The notes below the pieces were generated by a model. It saw only the letters and a program-made list of their open reading frames with translations, did not search any database and was not told the origin of the DNA. The position numbers and the translations under genes are program-made. A stretch of DNA of 64,000 bases from the NCBI GenBank assembly GCA_902825985.1, contig CADEDC010000003.1, positions 10,926 through 74,925 on the forward strand, written 5' to 3'. How positions within the stretch are numbered: position 1 is the stretch's first letter; each line of letters opens with the position of its first letter. Shown piece after piece: positions 1-9,200 of this stretch. The stretch comes from an uncultured Acidobacteriota bacterium (lineage in GTDB: Bacteria; Acidobacteriota; Vicinamibacteria; Vicinamibacterales; CAVVIG01).

Positions 1-574
1 CGAACAGGTGCTCGCCATCTTCCGCGAGCCCGGGTCCGACATCATCGCCGAGGACCTCGGCACGGTGCCCGACTTCGTGCGCGCGTCGCTGGCGCGGCTC
101 GGGGTGCCTGGCTTCCGCGTCGCACGGTGGGAGCGCGACTGGCACGCGCCTGGACAGCCGTTCCGCGATCCGGTGGACTATCCGGCCCGGTCGGTCGCCA
201 ACTCGGGCACGCACGATACCGAGCCGCTGGCGGTCTGGTGGCAACAGGCGGCCGAGGACGAACGGGCGGCGGTGGCCCGCATCCCGTCGATCAGCCGCCT
301 CGCCGGGCCGATCGACCTGCTCGACGCGCCGTACAACCCGACTGTCCGCGACATTCTTCTCGCGGCGCTGTTCGAGTCGGGGTCCGACCTGCTGCTGATG
401 CCCATCCAGGATGTGTTCGGCTGGACCGATCGCATCAATCAGCCTGCCACCGTACACGATGGCAACTGGAGCTATCGCCTGCCATGGCCGGTCGACGGTT
501 TCGCCGCCGTCGCCGAGGCGCGCGAGCGTTGCGAGCAACTTCGCGTCTGGGCGCGGGCGTCCGGACGAATCTAG
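1..574 (+). CDS. malQ: 4-alpha-glucanotransferase (amylomaltase, GH77), C-terminal fragment. The 5' end lies upstream of the window.
   Basis: The reading frame is open from the window edge. IIAEDLGTVPDFVR...GVPGFRVARWERDW and the C-terminal WSYRLPW are typical of GH77 MalQ. Confidence 0.8.
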   Translation, partial: EQVLAIFREPGSDIIAEDLGTVPDFVRASLARLGVPGFRVARWERDWHAPGQPFRDPVDYPARSVANSGTHDTEPLAVWWQQAAEDERAAVARIPSISRLAGPIDLLDAPYNPTVRDILLAALFESGSDLLLMPIQDVFGWTDRINQPATVHDGNWSYRLPWPVDGFAAVAEARERCEQLRVWARASGRI

Positions 575-715
575 CGGTCGCCACCCAGGGGCGGCGGCCT
601 GGCGCTTGCGCCCTGCCGTCGGCGTCGCCGCGACCGGCGGCGCCCGGGTCGGCATGCCAGACGGACCGCAATCCGAGAATCACAAATCGGCAATATCAGG
701 GATAATTGAGGGTTC

Positions 716-1948
716 ATGGCGGCTCTCTACCCATTCCGCGCCCTGCGCCCGCGGCCGGCCGATGCGGCCCGCATCGCCGCGGTGCCGTACGATGTCGTCA
801 GCACCGACGAGGCGCGTCGGCTTGCCGGGGACGACCCGCTGAGCTTTCTCCGGGTGTCGCGCGCCGAGATCGAGCTGCCGGAGGGGACCGACCCCTACTC
901 GCCGGCTGTCTACGAACGGGCGGCCCACAACTTCCAGACGCTGAGAGCCACGACCCTCGAGATCGAACGCGAGCCGAGCGTCTATGCGTACCGGCTGCGG
1001 ATGGCCGGCCACGTCCAGACCGGACTCGCCGCCTGTGTGTCGATCGACGAGTACGAGCGCGGTCTCATCAGGAAGCACGAGCGGACCCGCCGCGAGAAGG
1101 AAGACGATCGCACCCGTCACATGCGGGCGGTTGGCGCGCAGACCGGACCGGTCTTCCTCACCTACCGCGCCAGAGCCGACGTCGACGGCATCGTCGCCGG
1201 CGTCGCCCTGCGGCCGCCGCTCTTTGACTTCACCGCCGCCGACGGCGTGCAGCACACGGTGTGGCAGGTGACCGGTAGCGAGCGCACGGCACTCGTCACC
1301 GCGTTCGGCGACGTGGCGTCGCTGTACATCGCGGACGGCCATCACCGTGCGGCCAGCGCGGCGCGTACCTGCAGTGAGATGCGAGACGGCGGACGGCACG
1401 GCGAGGCGCTTGGCGACGGGGCCGACTTCACGACCATGCTGGCCGTGGCGTTTCCGCACGATCAGCTGCACGTGTTGCCGTACAACCGCGTGGTGACCGA
1501 TCTGGCCGGGCTGTCGCCGGATCAGTTCCTGCAGCAGGTCCAGGCCGACTTCACCGTCACGGCCGGGCCGCCGACCCCCGCGGCGCGCGGCGAGGTGGCG
1601 ATGTACCTGCAGGGGCAGTGGCGCACCCTGCGGCCGCGCACCGCGGCCGCGCCCGCCGATCCGATCGGCTCGCTCGACGTGAGCGTGCTGCAGGACCGGC
1701 TGCTCGCCCCGGTGCTGAAGATCGCCGACGTGCGGACCGACAAGCGGATCGACTTCGTCGGCGGCAGCCGTGGCCCGGCCGCACTCGAACAGCTCGTCGC
1801 GAGCGGGAAGGCCGCGGTCGCCTTCTCGATGTTCCCGGTCAGCGTGAGCGACTTGATCTCGGTTTCGGACGCCGGCGCCATCATGCCGCCCAAGAGCACC
1901 TGGTTCGAGCCAAAGCTCCGTGACGGACTGCTGATTCACATCATCTGA
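716..1948 (+). CDS. DUF1015 family protein
   Basis: 410-aa ORF with an N-terminus (FRALRPRP...AAVPYDVVSTDEAR) characteristic of DUF1015. GAGGGT Shine-Dalgarno lies just upstream of the ATG. The 419-aa antisense ORF 680..1939 is an Arg/Gly-rich shadow. Confidence 0.75.
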   Translation: MAALYPFRALRPRPADAARIAAVPYDVVSTDEARRLAGDDPLSFLRVSRAEIELPEGTDPYSPAVYERAAHNFQTLRATTLEIEREPSVYAYRLRMAGHVQTGLAACVSIDEYERGLIRKHERTRREKEDDRTRHMRAVGAQTGPVFLTYRARADVDGIVAGVALRPPLFDFTAADGVQHTVWQVTGSERTALVTAFGDVASLYIADGHHRAASAARTCSEMRDGGRHGEALGDGADFTTMLAVAFPHDQLHVLPYNRVVTDLAGLSPDQFLQQVQADFTVTAGPPTPAARGEVAMYLQGQWRTLRPRTAAAPADPIGSLDVSVLQDRLLAPVLKIADVRTDKRIDFVGGSRGPAALEQLVASGKAAVAFSMFPVSVSDLISVSDAGAIMPPKSTWFEPKLRDGLLIHII

Positions 1949-1972
1949 TCGTTCATTTCTCCGGAGACTTCA

Positions 1973-3073
1973 ATGACCACCGTTCAGCGCGTCCTCAACT
2001 TCTCGGCCGGCCCGGCCGTCCTCCCGGTGCCGGTTCTCGAGGAGATCCAGCGTGACATGCTCGGCCTGCCCGGCGTCGGCATGTCGATTCTCGAGGTCAG
2101 CCACCGCTCGAAGGCGTTCGAGGAGATCCTCGCCAGGACCGAGGCCGACATCCGCGCGCTCGCCGGCGTCCCGGCCCACTACAAGCTGCTCTTCCTGCAG
2201 GGCGGTGCCAGCACGCAGTTCTCGATGGTGCCGATGAACCTGCTGAGCCCCGGCGGCGCCGCCGACTACATCGACAGCGGGTCGTGGGCGGAAAAGGCCT
2301 ACAAGGAAGCCAAGAAGATCGGCAACGCCAAGCTCGCGGCCTCATCCAAGGCCGACACCTATTCGCACCTGCCGCTGCAGTCCGAGCTGGCGCTGACGCC
2401 GAACGCCGACTACGTCCACATGACTTCGAACAACACGATTGAGGGGACCGAGTACAAGGTCCTGCCCGACGTCGGCGACGTGCCGCTGGTCAGCGACACC
2501 TCGTCGAACATGTTCAGCAAGCCGATCGACGTCGCCAGGCACGGGCTCATCTACGCCGGCGCGCAGAAGAACCTCGGGCCGTCCGGCGTGACGCTGGTCA
2601 TCATCCGCGAGGATCTGCTGACCCGCTCGCTCGCCAAGAAGGCGACGCTGCCGACGATGCTCAATTACCAGGTGCACGCCGAGAACACGTCGCTCTACAA
2701 CACGCCGCCGAGCTTCTCGATCTACGTCGTCGGCCTGGTCATGAAATGGCTGCTCGCCAACGGCGGCCTGGCGGCGATGGCGGCAACCAACGAGCGCAAG
2801 GCCGGCAAGTTGTACGCGGAGATCGACCGCAGCGGCTTCTACCGTGGCACTGCAAAGAAGGAAGACCGTTCGCTGATGAACGTCACGTTCCGGCTGGCGA
2901 CCGAAGAGCTCGAGAAGAAGTTCGTGAAGGAATCGACGGCGGCCGGTCTCGACGGCCTGAAGGGCCACCGCTCGGTCGGCGGCATGCGGGCGTCGATCTA
3001 CAACGCGTTCCCTGAGTCTGGCGTCGATACGCTGGTGGCGTTCATGCGGGAGTTCGAGCGGACGAACGGCTGA
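1973..3073 (+). CDS. serC: phosphoserine aminotransferase
   Basis: LNFSAGPAVLPVPVLEEIQRDMLGLPGVGMSILEVSHRSKAFEEIL is a full-length class V aminotransferase SerC signature. Confidence 0.9.
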   Translation: MTTVQRVLNFSAGPAVLPVPVLEEIQRDMLGLPGVGMSILEVSHRSKAFEEILARTEADIRALAGVPAHYKLLFLQGGASTQFSMVPMNLLSPGGAADYIDSGSWAEKAYKEAKKIGNAKLAASSKADTYSHLPLQSELALTPNADYVHMTSNNTIEGTEYKVLPDVGDVPLVSDTSSNMFSKPIDVARHGLIYAGAQKNLGPSGVTLVIIREDLLTRSLAKKATLPTMLNYQVHAENTSLYNTPPSFSIYVVGLVMKWLLANGGLAAMAATNERKAGKLYAEIDRSGFYRGTAKKEDRSLMNVTFRLATEELEKKFVKESTAAGLDGLKGHRSVGGMRASIYNAFPESGVDTLVAFMREFERTNG

Positions 3074-3081
3074 GCGGAGAA

Positions 3082-3103
3082 GCGGGCCCGCCAGTCGGCC
3101 CGC
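3082..3103. terminator. GC-rich hairpin between convergent serC and pcnB; possible bidirectional terminator
   Basis: GCGGGCC (3082-3088) and GGCCCGC (3097-3103) are perfect reverse complements with an 8-nt loop. There is no U-tract. Confidence 0.35.
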
Positions 3104-3143
3104 TCGACGCGGGCGGTGGCGGGGCAGGGCGTGGCTCGCGCTG

Positions 3144-4583
3144 CTATTGTCCGGGTGCGGATCCAAAGCGGCGGCGCCGGCGGCGGCGCCGCCGGCGTGG
3201 TCCCGGCTCGCCGGCCGCCTCGGGCGCCATGTCGTCCGGCGGTTTCTCGCCCAGTTCCGACATCACCCCGATCCAGTGCTCCACCAGCTCCGGTGCGTTC
3301 CCGTGCATCTCGAGCCATGCCAGCGCTTCCGGAAAGATGGCGCGCTGGGCGAGCGCTTCCTGCGCCCGCGGGCTGACCTCGATGTCACGCAGCCGGCGCT
3401 GCAATGACAGCAGATGGCGCAGGTGCTCGACGTCACGGCGGGCCAGCGGCAGATCGCCAAGCTTTGGCAGCGCCGGACGATACTTCTTGCCGTCTTCGGT
3501 TTCGCGCGGCGGCCGTCCGCCCTGCGGCGCCAGTCCGAGCGGCATCAGCAGGCTGCCGAGCAGCACCGCGTTCGTGAACATCGGCGGGCTCGACTCGAAC
3601 TGCTGCCGATAGGCGTCGACGTTGGCCAGCGACTGCCACAACGGGTCGTTGGCGCCGAGGTGGAGCTCGGACGAAATCGGCTCCAGCAGGCCGGCCGACG
3701 CCAACCCGCGGAACGTCTTCTCGGCCGCGCCGGTCCGCATGATCTTGTAATACTCCTCCAGCAGTCGCGGCGGTGAGCTGCTCGCAATCTCATGCCGATG
3801 GATCCCGATCGCGTCGAGAATCGGCTGGTCGATGGCGAAATCGAGCCGGGCCGCCATCGCCACCGCCCGCAGCATCCGCACCGGATCCTCCAGGAACCGC
3901 ACTTCCGGATCGCCGATGCAGCGAACGATACCGGCGCGCAGGTCATCGAGACCGCCGGTGTAGTCGATGATCGAGAACGTCGCGATGTCGTAGAAGAGTG
4001 CGTTGATCGTGAAATCGCGGCGGAAGGCGTCCTCTTCGGGTGTGCCGAAGGTGTTGTCGCGGTGGATGAGATGTTCGTCGCCATGGTCGCGGCGGCCGGC
4101 CGTCGCATCGCCGCCGGGAATCTCGGGCGACCGCGTCGGCCCCCCGGCCGTGGCCACGCCACCGCCCCGGTGGCCGCCGCCGGCCCCGGCATCCAGCGCC
4201 ACATGGGGCGGTGCGTCGCCCGGCGTGTGCAGAATGGGGGCGGGGACGCCGTCGGTCGTGATTTCCTCGCCCGGCTGCACCTGGCGGCGGAACGTCGCCA
4301 CCTCGATGACCTTGGTGCCGAACTTGACGTGGGCAAGGCGGAAGCGCCGGCCGATGATCCAGCAGTTCCGGAACAGCTTCTTCACCTCGTAGGGATGCGC
4401 CGAGGTGCCGATATCAAAATCTTTGGGCCGACGCCCAAGAAGCAGATCCCGTACGCTCCCGCCCACCAGATAGGCGACGTGATTGGCCTGCCGCAGTCGA
4501 TACAGGACCTTCAGCGCATCAGGGTCGATGTCCCGTCGCGAGAGGGTGTGCTCGTCGCGCGGAATTACCCGTGGCTCGGTCAT
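3144..4583 (-). CDS. pcnB: poly(A) polymerase I / class II nucleotidyltransferase
   Basis: LKVLYRLRQANHVAYLVGGSVRDLLLGRRPKDFDIGTSAHPYEVKKLFRNCWIIGRRFRLAHVKFG is a PcnB-type head domain, followed by RDFTINALFYD. Start chosen at MTEPRV (ATG 4583) because the upstream 55 codons overlap the divergent gene. Confidence 0.75.
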   Translation of the reverse strand: MTEPRVIPRDEHTLSRRDIDPDALKVLYRLRQANHVAYLVGGSVRDLLLGRRPKDFDIGTSAHPYEVKKLFRNCWIIGRRFRLAHVKFGTKVIEVATFRRQVQPGEEITTDGVPAPILHTPGDAPPHVALDAGAGGGHRGGGVATAGGPTRSPEIPGGDATAGRRDHGDEHLIHRDNTFGTPEEDAFRRDFTINALFYDIATFSIIDYTGGLDDLRAGIVRCIGDPEVRFLEDPVRMLRAVAMAARLDFAIDQPILDAIGIHRHEIASSSPPRLLEEYYKIMRTGAAEKTFRGLASAGLLEPISSELHLGANDPLWQSLANVDAYRQQFESSPPMFTNAVLLGSLLMPLGLAPQGGRPPRETEDGKKYRPALPKLGDLPLARRDVEHLRHLLSLQRRLRDIEVSPRAQEALAQRAIFPEALAWLEMHGNAPELVEHWIGVMSELGEKPPDDMAPEAAGEPGPRRRRRRRRRRFGSAPGQ

Positions 4584-4680
4584 CGAGGTGGCATTGTACC
4601 AAAACGCTGCAGCCCGACAACTAACTGCCTTGGAACTCAGTAATTTAGCGCCAACTTTCGGCTGTGCTACCATCGCCCGT

Positions 4681-5490
4681 ATGCGTCGCAGGCTCCCGAG
4701 GGCTCTCCTGGCTCTCGCCGTGGCGGTGGTCGGCGTCGGCGTCTCCACCGGCAGCGTGTGGGCGGCCGACGACCCCCTCGCCCGTGCCCGTCATCTCTAC
4801 AACGAGCGGCGATTCGAGGCGGCCGTGCTCGCGGCGGAGGAGGCGCGCAGCCCCGAGCGGGGTGACGCCGTCGATCTCATCGTTGCGCGCGCCTACCTTG
4901 AGCGTTTTCGCGAAAGCGCTTCCCCGTCCGACCTGACCAGTGCTCGCGAACGGCTTCGCCGCATCGACCCCGATCGGCTGAATCACGGCGAACGGGTGGA
5001 ATATCTCATCGGGCTTGGGGAGCACCTCTTCCTGGAAGGGACGGCCGGTGCCGCGGCGAACATTTTCGACAGCGTGCTCACCTCACCGTATGCGCTGACG
5101 GCGGCATCACGCGAGCGGGTGCTCGACTGGTGGGCGAGCGCCGTCGATCGTGACGCGCGTCCCCGCCGAGAGCTGGACCGCCATCCGCTGTACGAGCGGA
5201 TCCTGTCGCGGATGCGCGACGAGCTGGCACAGAATCCCGGCAGCGCCGTCGCGCCGTACTGGCTGGCGGCGGCCGCCAGCGGTCTGGGCGATCATCAAGC
5301 GGCCTGGGATGCCGCGCTGGCCGGCTGGGTGCGTGCGTCGCTCACCGGCGATCATGGCGCCGCGCTGCGCGGTGAGCTCGACCGTCTCGTGTTGCGGATG
5401 ATCATCCCGCAGCGGGCCCGCGCCCTCGCACAGCCGCCCGACAGCGTTCAGCAGGAGTGGGACACGTTCAAAGTCAACTGGGCCAGGTAG
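4681..5490 (+). CDS. secreted hypothetical protein, helical (TPR-like?)
   Basis: Signal peptide MRRRLPRALLALAVAVVGVGVSTGSVWA. The codon bias is consistent with coding. No family recognised. Confidence 0.55.
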   Translation: MRRRLPRALLALAVAVVGVGVSTGSVWAADDPLARARHLYNERRFEAAVLAAEEARSPERGDAVDLIVARAYLERFRESASPSDLTSARERLRRIDPDRLNHGERVEYLIGLGEHLFLEGTAGAAANIFDSVLTSPYALTAASRERVLDWWASAVDRDARPRRELDRHPLYERILSRMRDELAQNPGSAVAPYWLAAAASGLGDHQAAWDAALAGWVRASLTGDHGAALRGELDRLVLRMIIPQRARALAQPPDSVQQEWDTFKVNWAR

Positions 5491-5544
5491 CGCTGACGTC
5501 GGTTCGCCGAGCGTGCCGCTGTCCCGCTCTGCCGACCGCGTTGT

Positions 5545-8352
5545 CTAGGGCTTCGCCGCCTTCCAGTTCCTCCCGATTCCCACGTCGACCGTCAGCGGTA
5601 CGGCGAGTGTCACGGCGTTCTGCATCCGTTCGCGGACGATCGCGGCGATCGTGTCGGCGCCGGCCTCGGGCACCTCGAAGAGCAGCTCGTCGTGCACCGT
5701 GAGGATCATGCGAGCCCCCGAGTGGTCGGCGAGGGCCGCGTGCACGTCGATCATCGCCCGCTTCAGGATGTCGGCCGCCGTGCCCTGAATCGGCAGGTTG
5801 ACCGCCACCCGTTCTGCGGCGCCGCGGATCTGCCCGTTGCGGCTCGTCAACTCCGGCACCAGACGCCGCCGGCCGAACATCGTCTTCACCACGCCCGACA
5901 GCCGGGCCTCGGCGAGCGTCCGGTCGATGAACGCGCGGACGCTCGGGAACCCGGCGAAGTAGGCATCGATGAACTCCTGCGCCGCCTGTTGCGTGACGCC
6001 GATGTCCTTGGCGAGCGTGAACGCCGACTTGCCGTACAGCAGTGCGTAGTTGACCATCTTCGCGGTGCTGCGCAGTTCGTGGCTGTCGCGGCCGCTGTTC
6101 GCCCCGAAGATCTTCAGGGCCGTCTGCTCGTGGAAGTCGGCCCCGTCCCGGAAGGCGGCGATCAGCACCGGATCGTCCGACAGGTGCGCCAGCACGCGGA
6201 ACTCGATCTGCGAGTAGTCGGCCGAAATCAGGAGGTGCCCCGGCTCGGCGATGAAGGCGCCGCGAATTCGCCGCCCGAGCTCGGTGCGAATCGGTATGTT
6301 CTGCAGGTTGGGATCGCTGCTGCTCAAACGTCCGGTCGCCGCCACCCCCTGGTTGAAGCAGGTGTGGACCCGGCCCGTCTCCGGATTGACGAGCAGCGGA
6401 AGCGCGTCGATGTAGGTGCCCTTCAGCTTGGACAGCGCGCGCCATTCGAGGATGAGGCGCGGCAGGTCGTGTGCCAGGGCGAGTTCCTCGAGCACCTCGA
6501 CCGCCGTCGAGGCGGTCTTCGTCTTGGCGTTCCGCTTCAGCGCCGGCAGCTGCAGCTTGTCGAACAGGATGCGCGACAACTGCTGCGGCGAGCCGATGTT
6601 GAACGACTCGCCGGCCAGCGCGTAGATCTGCTCGGTGAGCGACGTCAGCTCGCCGTCGACGTGCTGCGATTGACTGGCAAGGGCCGCCGCGTCGATGCGG
6701 ACACCGGCTCGCTCGATGGCGGCGAGCACCGGTATCAGCGGCCGTTCGAGATCGCGGTAGACACCCGTCAACTGCTCGGCCTCGAGCAGCGGCCCGAGAT
6801 GCGCGGCGAGCTGCAAGGCGAGATCGGCCCGCTCGCAGGCGAAGTCGAGCACCGCGGCCGGCGCGAGCGACACGAACGGCACCGCCTTGGCGCCGCGGCC
6901 GCAGACGTCCTCGTCCGACAGCGCGCGATAGCCGAGGTACTCGAGCGCCGTGCCTTCGAGCGGATGCCCCGAACGCGTCGCATCGAGCAGGTAGCTGGCG
7001 AGCATCGTGTCGAGTCCGACGCCGCGCAGCGTGACGCCGTAGCGGGCCAGGACGATCATGTCGGTCTTGATGTCGTGGCCGACCTTGTCGATCGTCTCGT
7101 CCTCGAGCACCGGCGTCAGGGCGGCCATCGCCTCGGCCATCGACAGCCGCGGGTCGCCGTCGCCGGCCGGCCCGCCGTCGCCGGCCGCCGCCGGTGCCGG
7201 CCGCTCCGGTGCGTCGAGCAGGTGGAACATCGATCCGGACGGTTCAGCGGCGGCTGCCACGACCGGTGGCGGGCCGCTCGGCCTGAGCGGCAGGTAGCGT
7301 GCCCGTCCGCGACCGGTGGCGAACGCCAGGCCGGCGATGCCGGCGCGCACCGTCGTCGGACCGTCGGCCATCACGCGCAGGCCGCAGCGTCCGGCGGCGC
7401 GCACGTCGTCGACCAGGCTGGCCAGTCCGGCGGCATCGGTCACGAGACGGTAGTCCTTCGCGACCGTCGCCGCGGTCGGTGCGAACTCCATCATCAGCGA
7501 CCGGAAGCCGAGGTCGGAGAAGATCTGGAAGCACGCCTGCTGGTCGGGTCCGGGATAGCGGAACTGATCGATAGTGAACTCGATCGGCACATCGGTGTGA
7601 ATCCGCAGGAGTTCGCGGCAGCTGCGGGCGTCGTCGACATGGGCGAGCAGCGCCTCGCGATAGCGCTTCTGCGGAACTTCCGCCGCGTGGTCGAGCAGGG
7701 CATCGAGCGTCCCGTGCGCGGTGATCAGGTCGCGGGCGCCCTTCTCGCCGATGCCCGGTACGCCCTTCACGTTGTCGATGGTGTCGCCCATCAGCGCGAG
7801 GACGTCGACCACCTGGTCCGGCCGGACGCCGAACTTCTCCTGTACGCCGTCGGCGTCGAACCAGGTCCCGTCCTCCCGTGGGTTGAAGACCCGGATGCCG
7901 TCACCGACCAGCTGAAAGAAGTCCTTGTCGCCGGTGACAATCGCCACGTCGTAGCCATCGGCGGACGCCCGCACGGCCAGCGTGCCGATCACGTCGTCGG
8001 CCTCGTAACGCTCGTGCGTCAGAATCGGCACGCCAAGCGCCAGGCAGGCGCGGTGGACGAGTGGAATCTGGACGGCGAGCTCGTCCGGCATCGGCGCACG
8101 GTTCGCCTTGTAGTCGGCGGCCATGTCGTCGCGGAAGGTCCGGCCCGGCAGGTCGAACGAGGCGGCGATGAACTGCGGCGCATGGTCCTTCAGCAGCTTT
8201 CGCAGCATCGTCACGAAGATGTAGACGGCGTTGGTCGGCCGCCCCTGCGCGTCGCGCAGCGGCGCGCCCTCGCCGGTGCGGATCGGCGCATGAAAGGCGC
8301 GGTACATCTGCGAACTGCCGTCGATGAGATACAGGACAGGCTTTGCGCCCAT
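5545..8352 (-). CDS. polA: DNA polymerase I
   Basis: 5' nuclease region (LYLIDGSSQMYRAFHA, VTGDKDFFQL) and polymerase motifs (LISADYSQIEFRVLAH, RSTAKMVNYALLYG, LTVHDELLFE). Start set at MGAKPVLYLIDG (ATG 8352). Confidence 0.93.
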   Translation of the reverse strand: MGAKPVLYLIDGSSQMYRAFHAPIRTGEGAPLRDAQGRPTNAVYIFVTMLRKLLKDHAPQFIAASFDLPGRTFRDDMAADYKANRAPMPDELAVQIPLVHRACLALGVPILTHERYEADDVIGTLAVRASADGYDVAIVTGDKDFFQLVGDGIRVFNPREDGTWFDADGVQEKFGVRPDQVVDVLALMGDTIDNVKGVPGIGEKGARDLITAHGTLDALLDHAAEVPQKRYREALLAHVDDARSCRELLRIHTDVPIEFTIDQFRYPGPDQQACFQIFSDLGFRSLMMEFAPTAATVAKDYRLVTDAAGLASLVDDVRAAGRCGLRVMADGPTTVRAGIAGLAFATGRGRARYLPLRPSGPPPVVAAAAEPSGSMFHLLDAPERPAPAAAGDGGPAGDGDPRLSMAEAMAALTPVLEDETIDKVGHDIKTDMIVLARYGVTLRGVGLDTMLASYLLDATRSGHPLEGTALEYLGYRALSDEDVCGRGAKAVPFVSLAPAAVLDFACERADLALQLAAHLGPLLEAEQLTGVYRDLERPLIPVLAAIERAGVRIDAAALASQSQHVDGELTSLTEQIYALAGESFNIGSPQQLSRILFDKLQLPALKRNAKTKTASTAVEVLEELALAHDLPRLILEWRALSKLKGTYIDALPLLVNPETGRVHTCFNQGVAATGRLSSSDPNLQNIPIRTELGRRIRGAFIAEPGHLLISADYSQIEFRVLAHLSDDPVLIAAFRDGADFHEQTALKIFGANSGRDSHELRSTAKMVNYALLYGKSAFTLAKDIGVTQQAAQEFIDAYFAGFPSVRAFIDRTLAEARLSGVVKTMFGRRRLVPELTSRNGQIRGAAERVAVNLPIQGTAADILKRAMIDVHAALADHSGARMILTVHDELLFEVPEAGADTIAAIVRERMQNAVTLAVPLTVDVGIGRNWKAAKP

Positions 8353-8380
8353 GGGAACGGCCAGCATATCATTGACGTTT

Positions 8381-9154
8381 ATGCGGCTTCGCGCCCTCCT
8401 GGTGCTGGTGCTGATGGCCGCCGCAGCCTGCGGTGGCGGCGGGGCCGATTTCTTCAAGCAGTACGAATACGAAGAAGAGACCTACCTGTCGCTCGACGGC
8501 ACGGCGACCCTCTATGTCAACGCCTCCATATCGGCGCTGAACGCGTTGCGCGGCTCGACGTTCGATGCCCGGCCCGAGGCGGCGCTCGACAAGGGCACCA
8601 TCGCCGCGTTCTTCACGGGGCCCGGGATTCGCGTCACACGCCTGACGTTCTCCCGTCGCAACCGGCGCAACTACGTCCACGTGCGCATGGACGTGGACGA
8701 CGTGCGGACGCTGAGCGCCACGGGTCCCTTCGGCTGGTCGACGTACCGCTTCACGCGGGACGCCGACCTGATGTACTACCGTCAGACCGTCGGCGCGGCG
8801 GCCGGCGGCACGGCGGGCATCCCGTGGACCGGCGACGAAGTCGTCGCGTTCCGCATCCACGTCCCGAGCAAGGTGCCGTATCACAATGCCGGCGCCGACA
8901 ATCTCAAGCGCGGCAACATCCTGGTGTGGGAGCAGTCGCTGGCCGACCGCCTCGCGGGCACGCCGCTCGAGATCGATGCGCGCATGGAATCGCAGTCGAT
9001 CCTCTATCGCACCCTCGCCCTGTTCGGCATCACGATGGTCGTCGTCGCCATGCTGTTCGGCGCCATCCTGTGGTGGGTGGTTCGCGTGAAGGGACGCCAG
9101 GCGCTGGCGTCAGGCAAGGTCGGTGGGGCCGGCCAGGCGAAGGTCGCGAAATAG
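8381..9154 (+). CDS. lipoprotein with C-terminal transmembrane helix, unknown function
   Basis: MRLRALLVLVLMAAAACGG is a lipobox-type signal. There is a C-terminal hydrophobic segment, LALFGITMVVVAMLFGAILWWVV. Confidence 0.6.
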   Translation: MRLRALLVLVLMAAAACGGGGADFFKQYEYEEETYLSLDGTATLYVNASISALNALRGSTFDARPEAALDKGTIAAFFTGPGIRVTRLTFSRRNRRNYVHVRMDVDDVRTLSATGPFGWSTYRFTRDADLMYYRQTVGAAAGGTAGIPWTGDEVVAFRIHVPSKVPYHNAGADNLKRGNILVWEQSLADRLAGTPLEIDARMESQSILYRTLALFGITMVVVAMLFGAILWWVVRVKGRQALASGKVGGAGQAKVAK

Positions 9155-9200
9155 TCCGTCGGGTTTGTGGGGCGGGGCGGCCAGAACCGCCCGGGGGCGG

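Noticed and set aside
9169-9192. GGGCGG/CCGCCC 6-bp hairpin between the lipoprotein gene and ku, considered as a terminator
   Set aside because: The stem is short, there is no U-tract, and it sits in a G-rich run. This is too weak to call.
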